Part shown: positions 1 through 7,603 of the stretch, one piece after another
How the letters are laid out: each line of letters starts with the position of its first letter
Numbering within the stretch: position 1 is the stretch's first letter
Position numbers and translations under genes: made by a program
Notes under the pieces: generated by a model
Database searches by the model: none
Told to the model about the DNA's origin: nothing
Seen by the model: only the letters and a program-made list of their open reading frames with translations
Virus record (IMG/VR): IMGVR_UViG_2585427766_000008
Coordinates: 1 to 16,666 of that record
Length of the DNA: 16,666 bases
From: a virus
Lineage: Duplodnaviria > Heunggongvirae > Uroviricota > Caudoviricetes
Strand: one strand, 5' to 3'

Positions 1-185
1 GTGGTGCACTGTTGTACGGGCTGATCGGCACCTGCCGGTTGAATGGTATCGATCCGGAAGCGTATCTGCGCCATATCCTGAGCGTACTGCCGGAATGGCC
101 TTCCAACCGAGTTGACGAACTCCTGCCATGGAACGTAGTACTCACTAATAAATAAGCGTCAATACGGTGCTCCGTTGACGCTTAC
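1..185 (+). mobile_element. IS66-family insertion sequence, 3' terminal portion (element continues upstream of the window)
   Basis: Transposase C-terminal ORF ends at 155. Read on the minus strand the sequence at 185 downward begins GTAAGCGTC, matching the GTAA-type termini I recall for IS66-family elements. A 10-bp inverted repeat (153-162 / 175-184) sits in the terminal 30 bp. Exact boundary is inferred, not verified. Confidence 0.65.
3..155 (+). CDS. IS66-family transposase (TnpC-like), C-terminal fragment; 5' end outside window
   Basis: Frame 3 translates without stops to GALLYGLIGTCRLNGIDPEAYLRHILSVLPEWPSNRVDELLPWNVVLTNK followed by TAA at 153-155. The LNG-DPEAYL...LLPWN C-terminal motif is characteristic of IS66-family transposases (from memory). 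Not in the ORF track because it has no start codon in the window. Confidence 0.75.
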   Translation, partial: GALLYGLIGTCRLNGIDPEAYLRHILSVLPEWPSNRVDELLPWNVVLTNK

Positions 186-982
186 TTTCCACTGGCAATA
201 CCCGCCATCATTGGGGCCAGGGACTGCATCCACTTGACCTGATCCGGGATTTCAAATGACCCCTGGTCACCGGCATAAGCCATAATATTCTGAACGGCAC
301 CAAAATCTCTGGCCGCACCTTTCAGGGAGTTTTGCCAGACTGCGGCCACTTTTGCCCAGTCCTGAGCAGACGTGCGTGTTGCCGTTGCCGCGCGGGCAAT
401 ATCCGGCATCAGAAAACCGATATCTGACACATTATCAATATTGTCGCTGATGAGTGAACCCACCGCCTCCTGCAGCTCATCCTGATACTGATTGTATTTA
501 AGCGCCCAGCCTTTTATCTGTCCGGCAAGTCCATCCCGCGTTTTATTGTCATATTTTGCGGTGATCGACATATCAATCATTTTGTCCTGAAAAGACATGG
601 ACTGCTGAACGGCAGGGGAAACCGTATGATAAACAGTCTGTGCCATGCCATACGCTTCAATCCCCTGACCATACAGCGCCATGCGGTTAGCTTTCAGCGC
701 ATCACTGGTAGCGGATGCCGCTGACAGACGGCGCTGCTGGCGCTCAATTTGCTCCATGGTGCGGCTTACCCGCAGCAGCTCGCTGTTGAGATGCTGCATC
801 CGGGAAGAACCCAGTTGACCATAACGTTCTGTTGCACGGGTTAAAGCGTTCTGACGTTCCTGCAGGCGGCGTGAGGTATCGCTCAGGGAATCAAGCGCAC
901 GGCGGGTACCGCTCATTGCAGAACGGAATGTGCTACCAATCATCCCGCCGATAACAACGCCGACTGAAAACTGTCCCGACAT
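182..982 (-). pseudogene. Tail tape measure protein, N-terminal fragment, apparently truncated by the IS66-family insertion
   Basis: 266-aa ORF with a Q/R/A/L-rich coiled-coil-like N-terminal region typical of tape measure proteins, in the expected position after the chaperone pair. RBS GGAGG 8 nt upstream of the ATG at 982. The last sense codon (AAG, 185-187) spans the proposed IS junction and the stop TAA (182-184) lies in the IS end. 266 aa is far shorter than a myovirus tape measure. Confidence 0.65.
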
Positions 983-1031
983 AGTGGTTAACCTCCGGGG
1001 AAGGTGAAAAGACGTGAGGGGATAACGCAGA

Positions 1032-1052
1032 ACAGCCGCTACTGGCGGCTGT
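1032..1052 (-). terminator. Hairpin (8-bp stem ACAGCCGC/GCGGCTGT, 5-nt loop) just after the chaperone-extension stop; possible attenuator or RNA-stability element
   Basis: Perfect inverted repeat 1032-1039 / 1045-1052 read directly from the sequence. The downstream minus-strand tract is only moderately U-rich, so terminator function is uncertain. Confidence 0.25.
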
Positions 1053-1057
1053 CTGTA

Positions 1058-1315
1058 CTATGATTTGTCGCCGTACTCGCTTTTTATTTGCTCTTCAGCC
1101 TGCTCCAGCCACATCTCCAGATCGTCAGTATCGAGGGCATCAATCTCCCCCGGCTGAAACCGGAACCATCTCGCCAGCAGCCCCTGCGCCTGCGTCAGCG
1201 CCCTAGTTGCTCTCACCCATCCCCGTGATGAGCTGAAATCGTTTCTGTAACTGCAGGTAATCAGCCAGATCCATATTGTCGAGATCTTCCGGGAGAAGAC
1301 CAGTACTGCGGGCAA
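1058..1315 (-). CDS. Candidate frameshift extension of the tail assembly chaperone (E'/GT-like), in the +1 frame relative to the upstream chaperone ORF
   Basis: Overlaps the 3' end of the 1203-1475 ORF by 113 nt in a different frame and ends 75 nt before the tape measure start. Its acidic C-terminal tail (DALDTDDLEMWLEQAEEQ) resembles chaperone extensions. It is unlikely to be expressed from its own ATG. Confidence 0.45.
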   Translation of the reverse strand: MPAVLVFSRKISTIWIWLITCSYRNDFSSSRGWVRATRALTQAQGLLARWFRFQPGEIDALDTDDLEMWLEQAEEQIKSEYGDKS

Positions 1316-1475
1316 TCAGCGGTTCGTCCCAGTCTGCCGGGTTTTTGCTGATTTTGCGCACCTGCTTCAGGTCTTTTACCGTCAGGCGTTTCAGTTCAAC
1401 CTGCTCAATTCTGGTGCCTGCAGCAGTGGTGAAGGGATAAGACAATTTAAAAGTATCGGATGGGGTCTGTGACAT
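1203..1475 (-). CDS. Tail assembly chaperone (P2 gpE-like / lambda G-like)
   Basis: 90-aa ORF between tail tube and tape measure, with RBS AGGAG 7 nt upstream of the ATG at 1475. Acidic C-terminal half (PEDLDNMDLADYLQ). Its 3' end overlaps a second ORF in another frame, the usual arrangement for tail chaperone frameshift pairs. Confidence 0.55.
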   Translation of the reverse strand: MSQTPSDTFKLSYPFTTAAGTRIEQVELKRLTVKDLKQVRKISKNPADWDEPLIARSTGLLPEDLDNMDLADYLQLQKRFQLITGMGESN

Positions 1476-1550
1476 GATTGTGCTCCTGTGTAAGTTCAGG
1501 GCAGTATGTCGGGAGAAGCGCGTGACGGATATTAAAGGAGATTAAGAAGA

Positions 1551-1566
1551 AGGGGCCGGAGCCCCT
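1551..1566 (-). terminator. Candidate rho-independent terminator after the 93-aa ORF (minus-strand sense)
   Basis: GC-rich stem AGGGGC/GCCCCT with 4-nt loop at 1551-1566, followed on the minus strand by UUCUUCUUAAUCUCCUUUAAU. It starts 7 nt after the stop codon at 1573-1575. Confidence 0.4.
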
Positions 1567-1572
1567 GTGATG

Positions 1573-1854
1573 TCAGCAAGTGCGAAACCCCTTGCAGTTA
1601 CGCAGGAAAGCGATGAGAAGCGTCTTTCCCTCAGATTTGCCGGTGCCGGAGAACCAGTGGTCGGGAGGCTCCCATGCTTCAATCAAATCCGCCAGTTTGC
1701 GGGCCTTTGAACGTGTGCAGTCAATCGGGTCATTGGTTTTACGGGTATTAAAAAGGGTTTCCACCCCCGGAATATCAAGGAGGGTAAACCACGTACCATT
1801 TGACATGCCCAGTGCCGCACATCGTCTTCCTTTATCCGTCAGTTCAACACTCAT
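1573..1854 (-). CDS. Hypothetical protein between tail tube and chaperone (positional analogue of Mu Y; function unknown)
   Basis: 93-aa ORF starting 2 nt after the tail tube stop, with a G-rich RBS-like tract upstream. I recognise no motif. An antisense ORF of similar length also covers this span. Confidence 0.35.
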   Translation of the reverse strand: MSVELTDKGRRCAALGMSNGTWFTLLDIPGVETLFNTRKTNDPIDCTRSKARKLADLIEAWEPPDHWFSGTGKSEGKTLLIAFLRNCKGFRTC

Positions 1855-1856
1855 CG

Positions 1857-2378
1857 TCAGCCCCCGATATTGATACGGTAGTCAGTCAGTTGATCAACAC
1901 CGCCGACCCGGAAGATGTTGGCCAGATAGTCCAGTTGCAGCAGCTCTTCACCATCCAGTACCTGTCTGATATACGTGCAGGTGAAGCTACTGGAGAACTC
2001 GGCGTTCTCGTGCTGTTTGAACGTCCCCAGAGGGTTCTTCTTGAACATAATCGTCAGGAAGGTGACCAGCGGGATTTCGTCAATCAGCCCCTGCGAGCTG
2101 TAGCGCTGGACGCTGGAACGACACTGCAGTGCCAGCGACCTGTACGGGTTAGCGGCAGACAGCATCGCATCGCGGTAAAAGCTGTTCCATTTGATTTCGC
2201 CTTCCAGTTTGTCAAAACCAGCCGGGAGTTCCACCTTACCCACCATCCCCAGCGCCTTGTGTTCCTGCATAATCATGGAGACATCGGGGAGTTTAACTTC
2301 CTCAGCCCGTCCCAGCAGGTTAGTACCATCCAGATAGATGTTGGCATTCGTGATGCGGTTTATCTCAATCTTTGACAT
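1857..2378 (-). CDS. Tail tube protein (Mu gpM / P2 FII-like)
   Basis: 173-aa ORF immediately after the sheath gene (stop/start overlap TGATG at 2376-2380). Size and position are typical of contractile-tail tube proteins. Confidence 0.75.
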   Translation of the reverse strand: MSKIEINRITNANIYLDGTNLLGRAEEVKLPDVSMIMQEHKALGMVGKVELPAGFDKLEGEIKWNSFYRDAMLSAANPYRSLALQCRSSVQRYSSQGLIDEIPLVTFLTIMFKKNPLGTFKQHENAEFSSSFTCTYIRQVLDGEELLQLDYLANIFRVGGVDQLTDYRINIGG

Positions 2379-3805
2379 CAGTTGCCCCCTTTCAGGGTTA
2401 ACAGGTATTCCGAGGTGATCTCAGTCTCAAACGTCAGTCGCTCCAGCGGCGGTGGTGGCGTATATTTGTAGCTCAGCAACAGGTGCCCGGCGGCCAGCTC
2501 CGTCTCCGGATTGCGGGCCGGATCAAACCAGCAACGGAAGCCCAGTACCGCACCATCACCAGTCATTTTGCGACCGTAGGCGTTGACCGACTCCGTCAGT
2601 GCATCAATCAGCGCCTGAGTAATCGGCATGTCGATGTACTGCTGGCTGAAATAACGAATGGACTCGTTGATCACATCACCGGTGCGGCGAACGTTCTCAA
2701 AGTTACGCATATGGGTGACCGTTGGCCATGCTGCCGTCCGGTTACCCCACAGACGAAGGCCGCTGCCGTAACTGCTGAATACCGTGGTGATCCCCTGTTC
2801 GTTAAGCAGGTTTACCTCACTCTGCGGGTCATCAATCATCGCGGACAGCTGGCGCTCCACGCCGGTGATCCCCAGAATCTCCTGATTGGAGGATGACCAC
2901 CAGTAGCCCTTGTCCAGATCGACTCTGGCACGCAGACCTGCTGCACGCTGGCTGAGCGGCTCCAGACGCTCTGTGTTTGTCACCGGGTCATATACCTTCA
3001 CATGCGGATAGCACAGACGGACGCGGTCGGAGCTGGTATTGAAGTTGATGGTGCCTTCCGGGCCACGACCTGCCAGAGCCTGTGCAAAGGTGGTACCGAC
3101 AGGCGCATCAATGTAGGTTACCGCGCCCAGCTTCTCTGCCATGGCGATAAGCTCAACTGCGACACTCTTCTGGGTGCAGAACACCGGCGCAATCAGAATT
3201 TTGGCGAAATAGCCGTACAGGTTGAAGCTGTCGTTAAGCAGCTTCATGCCGGTTCGGTTTCCGGCGCTGTTCACCCCGCCGATGATGTCCGCCGCAGTCA
3301 CCTTCGACGGGTCCGCGTACTCATAGCTCACCTTCACGCTGCCACCGGCCTCAATAGCCTTGCCCAGGTTCGTGAGCACACCCGCCTGCGCATCAACACG
3401 GTAGTCCGTGTTCGCCGTGTGGGTGGTGCTGCCTTCACTGTTTTTCACCACCACATTAGCGACAACCGGATGCGCCAGTCTGGCCTGCCCTGTCGATTTG
3501 TCAAAGGTAACCACCTCATCCTCGATCGCCGTTTTATGTTTCGCCGGGTCGAGGACGTTAATGACCAGAACGGTGCCTGCACCATGGTCATAAATCGCAT
3601 CCAGCGCCTGCGGAATGGTAAAGCCGGTGAACTGGCTGCCAAATGCCGCTGCGTCTTTCTCAGACAGGCACTGTACCAGCGTATTGACATCCCCCATCGG
3701 GGCGGTACCAATCAGGCCAATAACGGCAGATTTCACCGTTTTAACCGGGCGGGCTCCGTTTTCCACCTCAATGGTTTCGGGACCATGCAGATAGTTAGCT
3801 GCCAT
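2378..3805 (-). CDS. Contractile tail sheath protein (Mu gpL-like)
   Basis: 475-aa ORF. Its N-terminal region (VKTVKSAVIGLIGTAP...) and its size and position ahead of the tube gene are typical of myovirus sheath proteins. Confidence 0.85.
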   Translation of the reverse strand: MAANYLHGPETIEVENGARPVKTVKSAVIGLIGTAPMGDVNTLVQCLSEKDAAAFGSQFTGFTIPQALDAIYDHGAGTVLVINVLDPAKHKTAIEDEVVTFDKSTGQARLAHPVVANVVVKNSEGSTTHTANTDYRVDAQAGVLTNLGKAIEAGGSVKVSYEYADPSKVTAADIIGGVNSAGNRTGMKLLNDSFNLYGYFAKILIAPVFCTQKSVAVELIAMAEKLGAVTYIDAPVGTTFAQALAGRGPEGTINFNTSSDRVRLCYPHVKVYDPVTNTERLEPLSQRAAGLRARVDLDKGYWWSSSNQEILGITGVERQLSAMIDDPQSEVNLLNEQGITTVFSSYGSGLRLWGNRTAAWPTVTHMRNFENVRRTGDVINESIRYFSQQYIDMPITQALIDALTESVNAYGRKMTGDGAVLGFRCWFDPARNPETELAAGHLLLSYKYTPPPPLERLTFETEITSEYLLTLKGGN

Positions 3806-4049
3806 GGGCGTCCTCCGTTTTCACTTCGCTGTCACTGCTGCTTCTGCGCTTTGGTGACTGCACAGCCGGTGTGACGGCGGGGTTAGTATCTTCTGGTACC
3901 GGCGGCAGATGCTTCAGCGCCACCAGTACCTTCACGTAGTCATGCTCCTCCGGCAGGGAAACCGCCTTCCCCGGCCAGAGCAGGATTTCGGTTCCGTCCG
4001 ACAGCGTGACGCCGCTGGCCGGGCCGGAATAGCGGTATGCTTTCATCAC
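3795..4049 (-). CDS. Hypothetical small protein (head-tail region) with low-complexity Pro/Ser-rich C-terminus
   Basis: 84-aa ORF overlapping the neighbouring genes by a few nt on both sides; conserved position ahead of the sheath gene in Mu-like gene order. Confidence 0.4.
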   Translation of the reverse strand: MMKAYRYSGPASGVTLSDGTEILLWPGKAVSLPEEHDYVKVLVALKHLPPVPEDTNPAVTPAVQSPKRRSSSDSEVKTEDAHGS

Positions 4050-4510
4050 TCGCTTTCCTCATAGTTCACTTCGGTTAACAGCGGGCCGGACGGTAAATCG
4101 CTGTCTTCGATAAAGATGCTTTCAGTCGCGAAGTCGAGGGCGTATTGCCACAGCCCCCTGACTTCACCGATAAACACCTCGCGGGTCAGCCAGATACGGC
4201 GGCGGCAGCCGGGCGGGGTGTAGCCACCGAGAATGCGGCGGACAGCATCCAGGACATTAATCGCCCCTTTTTTACCGTTGAGCTGGCGGAAGACCACCGT
4301 GACGCAGAGCTGGATAGTCTGAGACTGGATCACCGCACCGGTATCATCCGGCCTGTCAAAGCGCGAACCGGCATAGCTCAGCAGCAACGCGCCAACCGGA
4401 TGGTTCAGGCGATATTCAGCCGGTTTCTCCGGGAAGTACTCCACCTGCAGTTGCGGCAGCTTCTCGCGTAACCGGGCCAGTACCGCATCAAGGACGGGCA
4501 GAACGTTCAT
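4046..4510 (-). CDS. Mu gp37-like protein (DUF1834-like; head completion / tail attachment, function unknown)
   Basis: 154-aa ORF in the conserved slot between the gp36-like gene and the sheath. Family assignment is from memory of Mu-like gene order, not verified. Confidence 0.5.
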   Translation of the reverse strand: MNVLPVLDAVLARLREKLPQLQVEYFPEKPAEYRLNHPVGALLLSYAGSRFDRPDDTGAVIQSQTIQLCVTVVFRQLNGKKGAINVLDAVRRILGGYTPPGCRRRIWLTREVFIGEVRGLWQYALDFATESIFIEDSDLPSGPLLTEVNYEESE

Positions 4511-4956
4511 CAGTATTTCTCCAGTAAACCGTCACGACCGCCGAAAGTGGCCGGGCGACTGCGTACACGAAACTCGCCAGGCTCAGGCACATCTTTCTGA
4601 GTGGACGGCAGCCCCAGCGTGAGCCTGTTATCACGTAACTCCCTGAGTTGCCGCAGCGCTTCTTTGTGGTCATCCTTCACCGTATCCGGGAGGTCACCTT
4701 CCGGGCGGCGGGCGTAGAGCCGGTAACGGACCAGCGTGATGGCAATGTCCCGCAGAACAGTCGGTATCTCTGCCAGTGGCAGGATATAGCGTCCGCGCAG
4801 ATGGGCATCAATCAGCTCGTCGGCATAGCGGATACAGCTGTCCACCACACGGGTATTCACTGTTGCAGGCGAGTCGAAGTCCATCTCTTCACTGGTGAGC
4901 TCGATAAGCGTCCGCTCCGGCACCTGCGCAAGCAAATCCTCCAGGGTGCAGTACAT
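4510..4956 (-). CDS. Mu gp36-like protein (DUF1320-like; putative head-tail connector component)
   Basis: The track ORF (4510-5118) overlaps the upstream gene by 160 nt. The internal ATG at 4954-4956 lies 1 nt after the upstream stop (TGAcATG) and gives a 148-aa protein starting MYCTLEDLL, which resembles DUF1320-family N-termini as I recall them. Confidence 0.55.
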   Translation of the reverse strand: MYCTLEDLLAQVPERTLIELTSEEMDFDSPATVNTRVVDSCIRYADELIDAHLRGRYILPLAEIPTVLRDIAITLVRYRLYARRPEGDLPDTVKDDHKEALRQLRELRDNRLTLGLPSTQKDVPEPGEFRVRSRPATFGGRDGLLEKY

Positions 4957-4957
4957 G

Positions 4958-5296
4958 TCACACCCCGCGCAGGATACGAATGACGTCGCCTTCACCCCCG
5001 GCTTCATCAAGTGCAATACCACAGGATTTACCGTCGCCGGACTGCGGCACGGCTCTGGCCTGAGCATCTGACTGAACAGCCACACCACGGCTGACAGCGG
5101 CCCCGGCCTCGACAGCAATAATGCCCAGAACGCTCACCGGCGTGCTGTCGCCGGTAACAGCATCCACTTCGGCAACCCCGAGCGCTGCGGCACCGGCTTT
5201 ACAGGGGGTATTATCTGCCCCGACAAAACGCTGCTGTGCCAGTGCTGCCCCTGCCGTTACGGTTGTGATCAGAATGACCTGCTGAGTGGTTCCCAT
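4958..5296 (-). CDS. Small Ala/Gly/Val-rich head-associated protein (possible decoration or cement-type protein)
   Basis: 112-aa ORF directly after the major head gene, in the position of Mu J-like or decoration proteins. Identity is uncertain. Confidence 0.45.
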   Translation of the reverse strand: MGTTQQVILITTVTAGAALAQQRFVGADNTPCKAGAAALGVAEVDAVTGDSTPVSVLGIIAVEAGAAVSRGVAVQSDAQARAVPQSGDGKSCGIALDEAGGEGDVIRILRGV

Positions 5297-5305
5297 AACG
5301 CCTCC

Positions 5306-6259
5306 TTATTTACTGATACCGGTAATGAGATACCCGGCATCGCCACCAACCACGGCGACTTTGTAGATATCGGTATAACGGCAGTACTTCACCTTGCCAC
5401 CGGCTCCGTCGTATTTGTCGGCAACAGGCATCCCCTTACGACGCAGGGTGTAGCCGAAGGACGGCTCGTTCTCGTCCGCGCTGTCCGCCCCCGGCTGCGG
5501 TTTGCCGACATAGTGCAGCATCAGATTGTCTCCCCAGATATCCGCCGGCACGCTGTTCTTATCCATTGCCGCTTTCATGGACGGCAGGGAGACTGGGGCA
5601 CCGATGACGATCTCTTCGATCTGAAAGAGGTCCTGCAGGATTTCTGTGGTGATGCGCTTGCGTTCGTTGGCTCCGATGGCGGCCTGAATCGCCGGGTGGA
5701 ACTTCAGCAGCGCCATCACGCCGGCCCCCATGGTCATCAGGTTAGGACGCAGCCCCGTGGCCGTACGGACCGCTTCCATACCGGCTTCAATCACCCCGAT
5801 GGGGTCCCCCTTACCACCGGCCCAGCGATCACTGGCTGTCAGTTTTTTGACGTGCCCGGTACGGTAGACCTTTTCATCCTGAGCCAGACGGGCAGCGATA
5901 AGTTCACGGCGCAGGTTCACGCCATTCGTGGCGCGACGGATGGCCTTGCTCTCTTCGTTAAACATGGACTCCGCCTGCTCGCGATAGTCCACCGGCGCAG
6001 CCAGATCGTGTTCACCCAGCACCAGGTCCAGCGTGCCTGTTTTTTCACGAACCAGAACATTGCTGTCCGCCCCGACGGCACGCTCGGTGTCATATTCCAC
6101 AAAGGCGGTTTTCCCGAAGGTCGGTACACGCACGCCTTCCTTGTCCGTCAGCACGACGGGGAAAATACGTTCGCCGATGAATGCGGCATTTTTATAGCCA
6201 CGGGCGATACTGGTCAGTACCGGATCAACGACACGTTTACCTTTTAAGTAATCAGACAT
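5306..6259 (-). CDS. Major head (capsid) subunit (Mu gpT-like)
   Basis: 317-aa ORF immediately after the I protease/scaffold gene; size and position match the Mu-type major head protein. Confidence 0.75.
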   Translation of the reverse strand: MSDYLKGKRVVDPVLTSIARGYKNAAFIGERIFPVVLTDKEGVRVPTFGKTAFVEYDTERAVGADSNVLVREKTGTLDLVLGEHDLAAPVDYREQAESMFNEESKAIRRATNGVNLRRELIAARLAQDEKVYRTGHVKKLTASDRWAGGKGDPIGVIEAGMEAVRTATGLRPNLMTMGAGVMALLKFHPAIQAAIGANERKRITTEILQDLFQIEEIVIGAPVSLPSMKAAMDKNSVPADIWGDNLMLHYVGKPQPGADSADENEPSFGYTLRRKGMPVADKYDGAGGKVKYCRYTDIYKVAVVGGDAGYLITGISK

Positions 6260-6273
6260 GCTCTCTCCTTAAA

Positions 6274-6741
6274 TTACAGGCAGCGTGCGACAGCAGCCTC
6301 ATAGCTGATGCCTTCTTTTTTGGACAGGGCCACTGCTTTCTGATGCAGGGCCAGACGCTCAGGATCGGCTTCCGCAAACTCTGCCACATCCACCTTCACC
6401 GTGTCGCCGACACGCTCTTTTGTGGCCTGTTCGGCGAAATTCATCACCGGCTCCCCGTCGGAGAGCAATGAACGAAAGGCGGTGGCCAGCGGTGTGCGGC
6501 TTTCCCCCTCAGCAAACTCCACCGGCTTGTCGCCACCGGCGACGGCATCCAGCAGGGCAACCACCACGGAGGAGGCGCGGGGAGCCAGACGGCCCTCTGC
6601 GACCAGTTTTTCTGCAAAGGCCACATTGTCCTTATGCAGTTGCTCCTGTCTGACCTGTGCATCACGCGCATCGCGATCAGCAGCCTGCTGCTTCAGGCGG
6701 CGGTTCTCCTCCTGAAGGGCTTCAATCTCTTCTTTTGTCAT
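6274..6741 (-). CDS. Candidate nested scaffold protein (Mu gpZ-like) from an in-frame internal start within the I gene
   Basis: In-frame ATG at 6739-6741 (residue 217 of the I ORF) preceded by GAGGA with a 7-nt spacer. It would give a 155-aa coiled-coil-rich product (MTKEEIEALQEENRRLKQ...). Confidence 0.4.
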   Translation of the reverse strand: MTKEEIEALQEENRRLKQQAADRDARDAQVRQEQLHKDNVAFAEKLVAEGRLAPRASSVVVALLDAVAGGDKPVEFAEGESRTPLATAFRSLLSDGEPVMNFAEQATKERVGDTVKVDVAEFAEADPERLALHQKAVALSKKEGISYEAAVARCL

Positions 6742-7389
6742 CGATGATTCCTCGTTACTTGCGGAAGACGGCACCTGGCCTGTCTCACTGAATTGCGCAC
6801 CTGCTGCATCCTGCGACGGTGTGTCGCGGTACGCCTCTTCGCGCAGATTGTTGAGCTGCCATTCCGGCAGGACTTTTTCTGCTTCGTCCAGACTGAAGCG
6901 GGCGATCAGAAAATCGCGCAGCTTTCCCCACAGGGAGGCATTCGTGATGGCCTGCCAGTCGGCGAACTCCACCACACCTTCTTCCTGCTCACTGAAGGAC
7001 ACCTGTTTCAGCCCCTTGACGGAAGGTGGCTGTGCCCCGAGAAAGCCCACATGGCGCAGGTAGAGCACGCCGGGCTTCGGATTGGACGGTGAATCCGGGA
7101 GGTAGAAAGAGGCGGACACTTTTTTGAATCGTCCGTCGGTGACCATCTCAGCAAACTGCGGGTCCAGCTGGGCAGGCTCTGCCATCAGATCGACGCCGCT
7201 GAGCGACAGGGCTTTCACCCAGCCCCACGCCGGGTCTTCCGTTCTGGGATGACCAATCACGAGTGGTGCTTCATGGACGGACGGGTCATAGGCTTTCACG
7301 CAGGCGGCAAGATCGTCTGGCGTGAACGGCAGTTTTTTGCCGTGCATATCGGTATGAGTACCGGCTTTAAAAATGTGAATGGCTGACAT
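6274..7389 (-). CDS. Head maturation protease / scaffold protein (Mu gpI-like)
   Basis: 371-aa ORF with a protease-like N-terminal region and an Ala/Glu/Arg-rich coiled-coil C-terminal third; it sits between G and the major head gene as in Mu. Confidence 0.8.
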   Translation of the reverse strand: MSAIHIFKAGTHTDMHGKKLPFTPDDLAACVKAYDPSVHEAPLVIGHPRTEDPAWGWVKALSLSGVDLMAEPAQLDPQFAEMVTDGRFKKVSASFYLPDSPSNPKPGVLYLRHVGFLGAQPPSVKGLKQVSFSEQEEGVVEFADWQAITNASLWGKLRDFLIARFSLDEAEKVLPEWQLNNLREEAYRDTPSQDAAGAQFSETGQVPSSASNEESSMTKEEIEALQEENRRLKQQAADRDARDAQVRQEQLHKDNVAFAEKLVAEGRLAPRASSVVVALLDAVAGGDKPVEFAEGESRTPLATAFRSLLSDGEPVMNFAEQATKERVGDTVKVDVAEFAEADPERLALHQKAVALSKKEGISYEAAVARCL

Positions 7390-7525
7390 TTTGCTGTCCC
7401 GCGTTATGTTGTCGGAGACAGTTTGTGAGAAATGCAGGCCCGGCGATTTTAATCTGCTTTAGAAAACATCAGGGGAGAAGGACAGGGAAAGCAATACGGT
7501 GAACCGGAGGCGGTTATAAAACAGA
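7390..7525 (-). promoter_or_regulatory. Candidate late promoter region upstream of the I gene (PI-like)
   Basis: 136 bp of non-coding sequence between a terminator-like hairpin and the I start. It contains a -10-like TAAAAT on the minus strand. Mu has a C-dependent promoter in front of I. No activator site could be identified by eye. Confidence 0.3.
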
Positions 7526-7557
7526 GGCTGTAAAGCCTTTATAAAGGTAATACAGCC
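7526..7557 (-). terminator. Candidate rho-independent terminator after gene G (end of the lys-to-G transcription unit)
   Basis: Stem GGCTGTA/TACAGCC (7526-7532 / 7551-7557) enclosing the perfect 12-bp palindrome CCTTTATAAAGG. On the minus strand it is followed directly by UCUGUUUUAUAA. Confidence 0.45.
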
Positions 7558-7603
7558 CCTCATTCGCTGGCAATGATAAATCACCCGCCTGAAGAGAGAA
7601 AAC

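Noticed and set aside
4957-5118. 5' extension of the gp36-like ORF to the ATG at 5118
   Set aside because: It would overlap the upstream gene by 160 nt. The internal ATG at 4954-4956, one nt after the upstream stop, gives an N-terminus (MYCTLEDLL...) typical of the family.
7390-7603. Attempt to identify a Mu C-protein binding site upstream of the I gene and of the lysis operon
   Set aside because: I cannot recall the C-site consensus reliably enough to score a match by eye, and no obvious candidate stood out. I report only the promoter-like and hairpin features that are directly visible.
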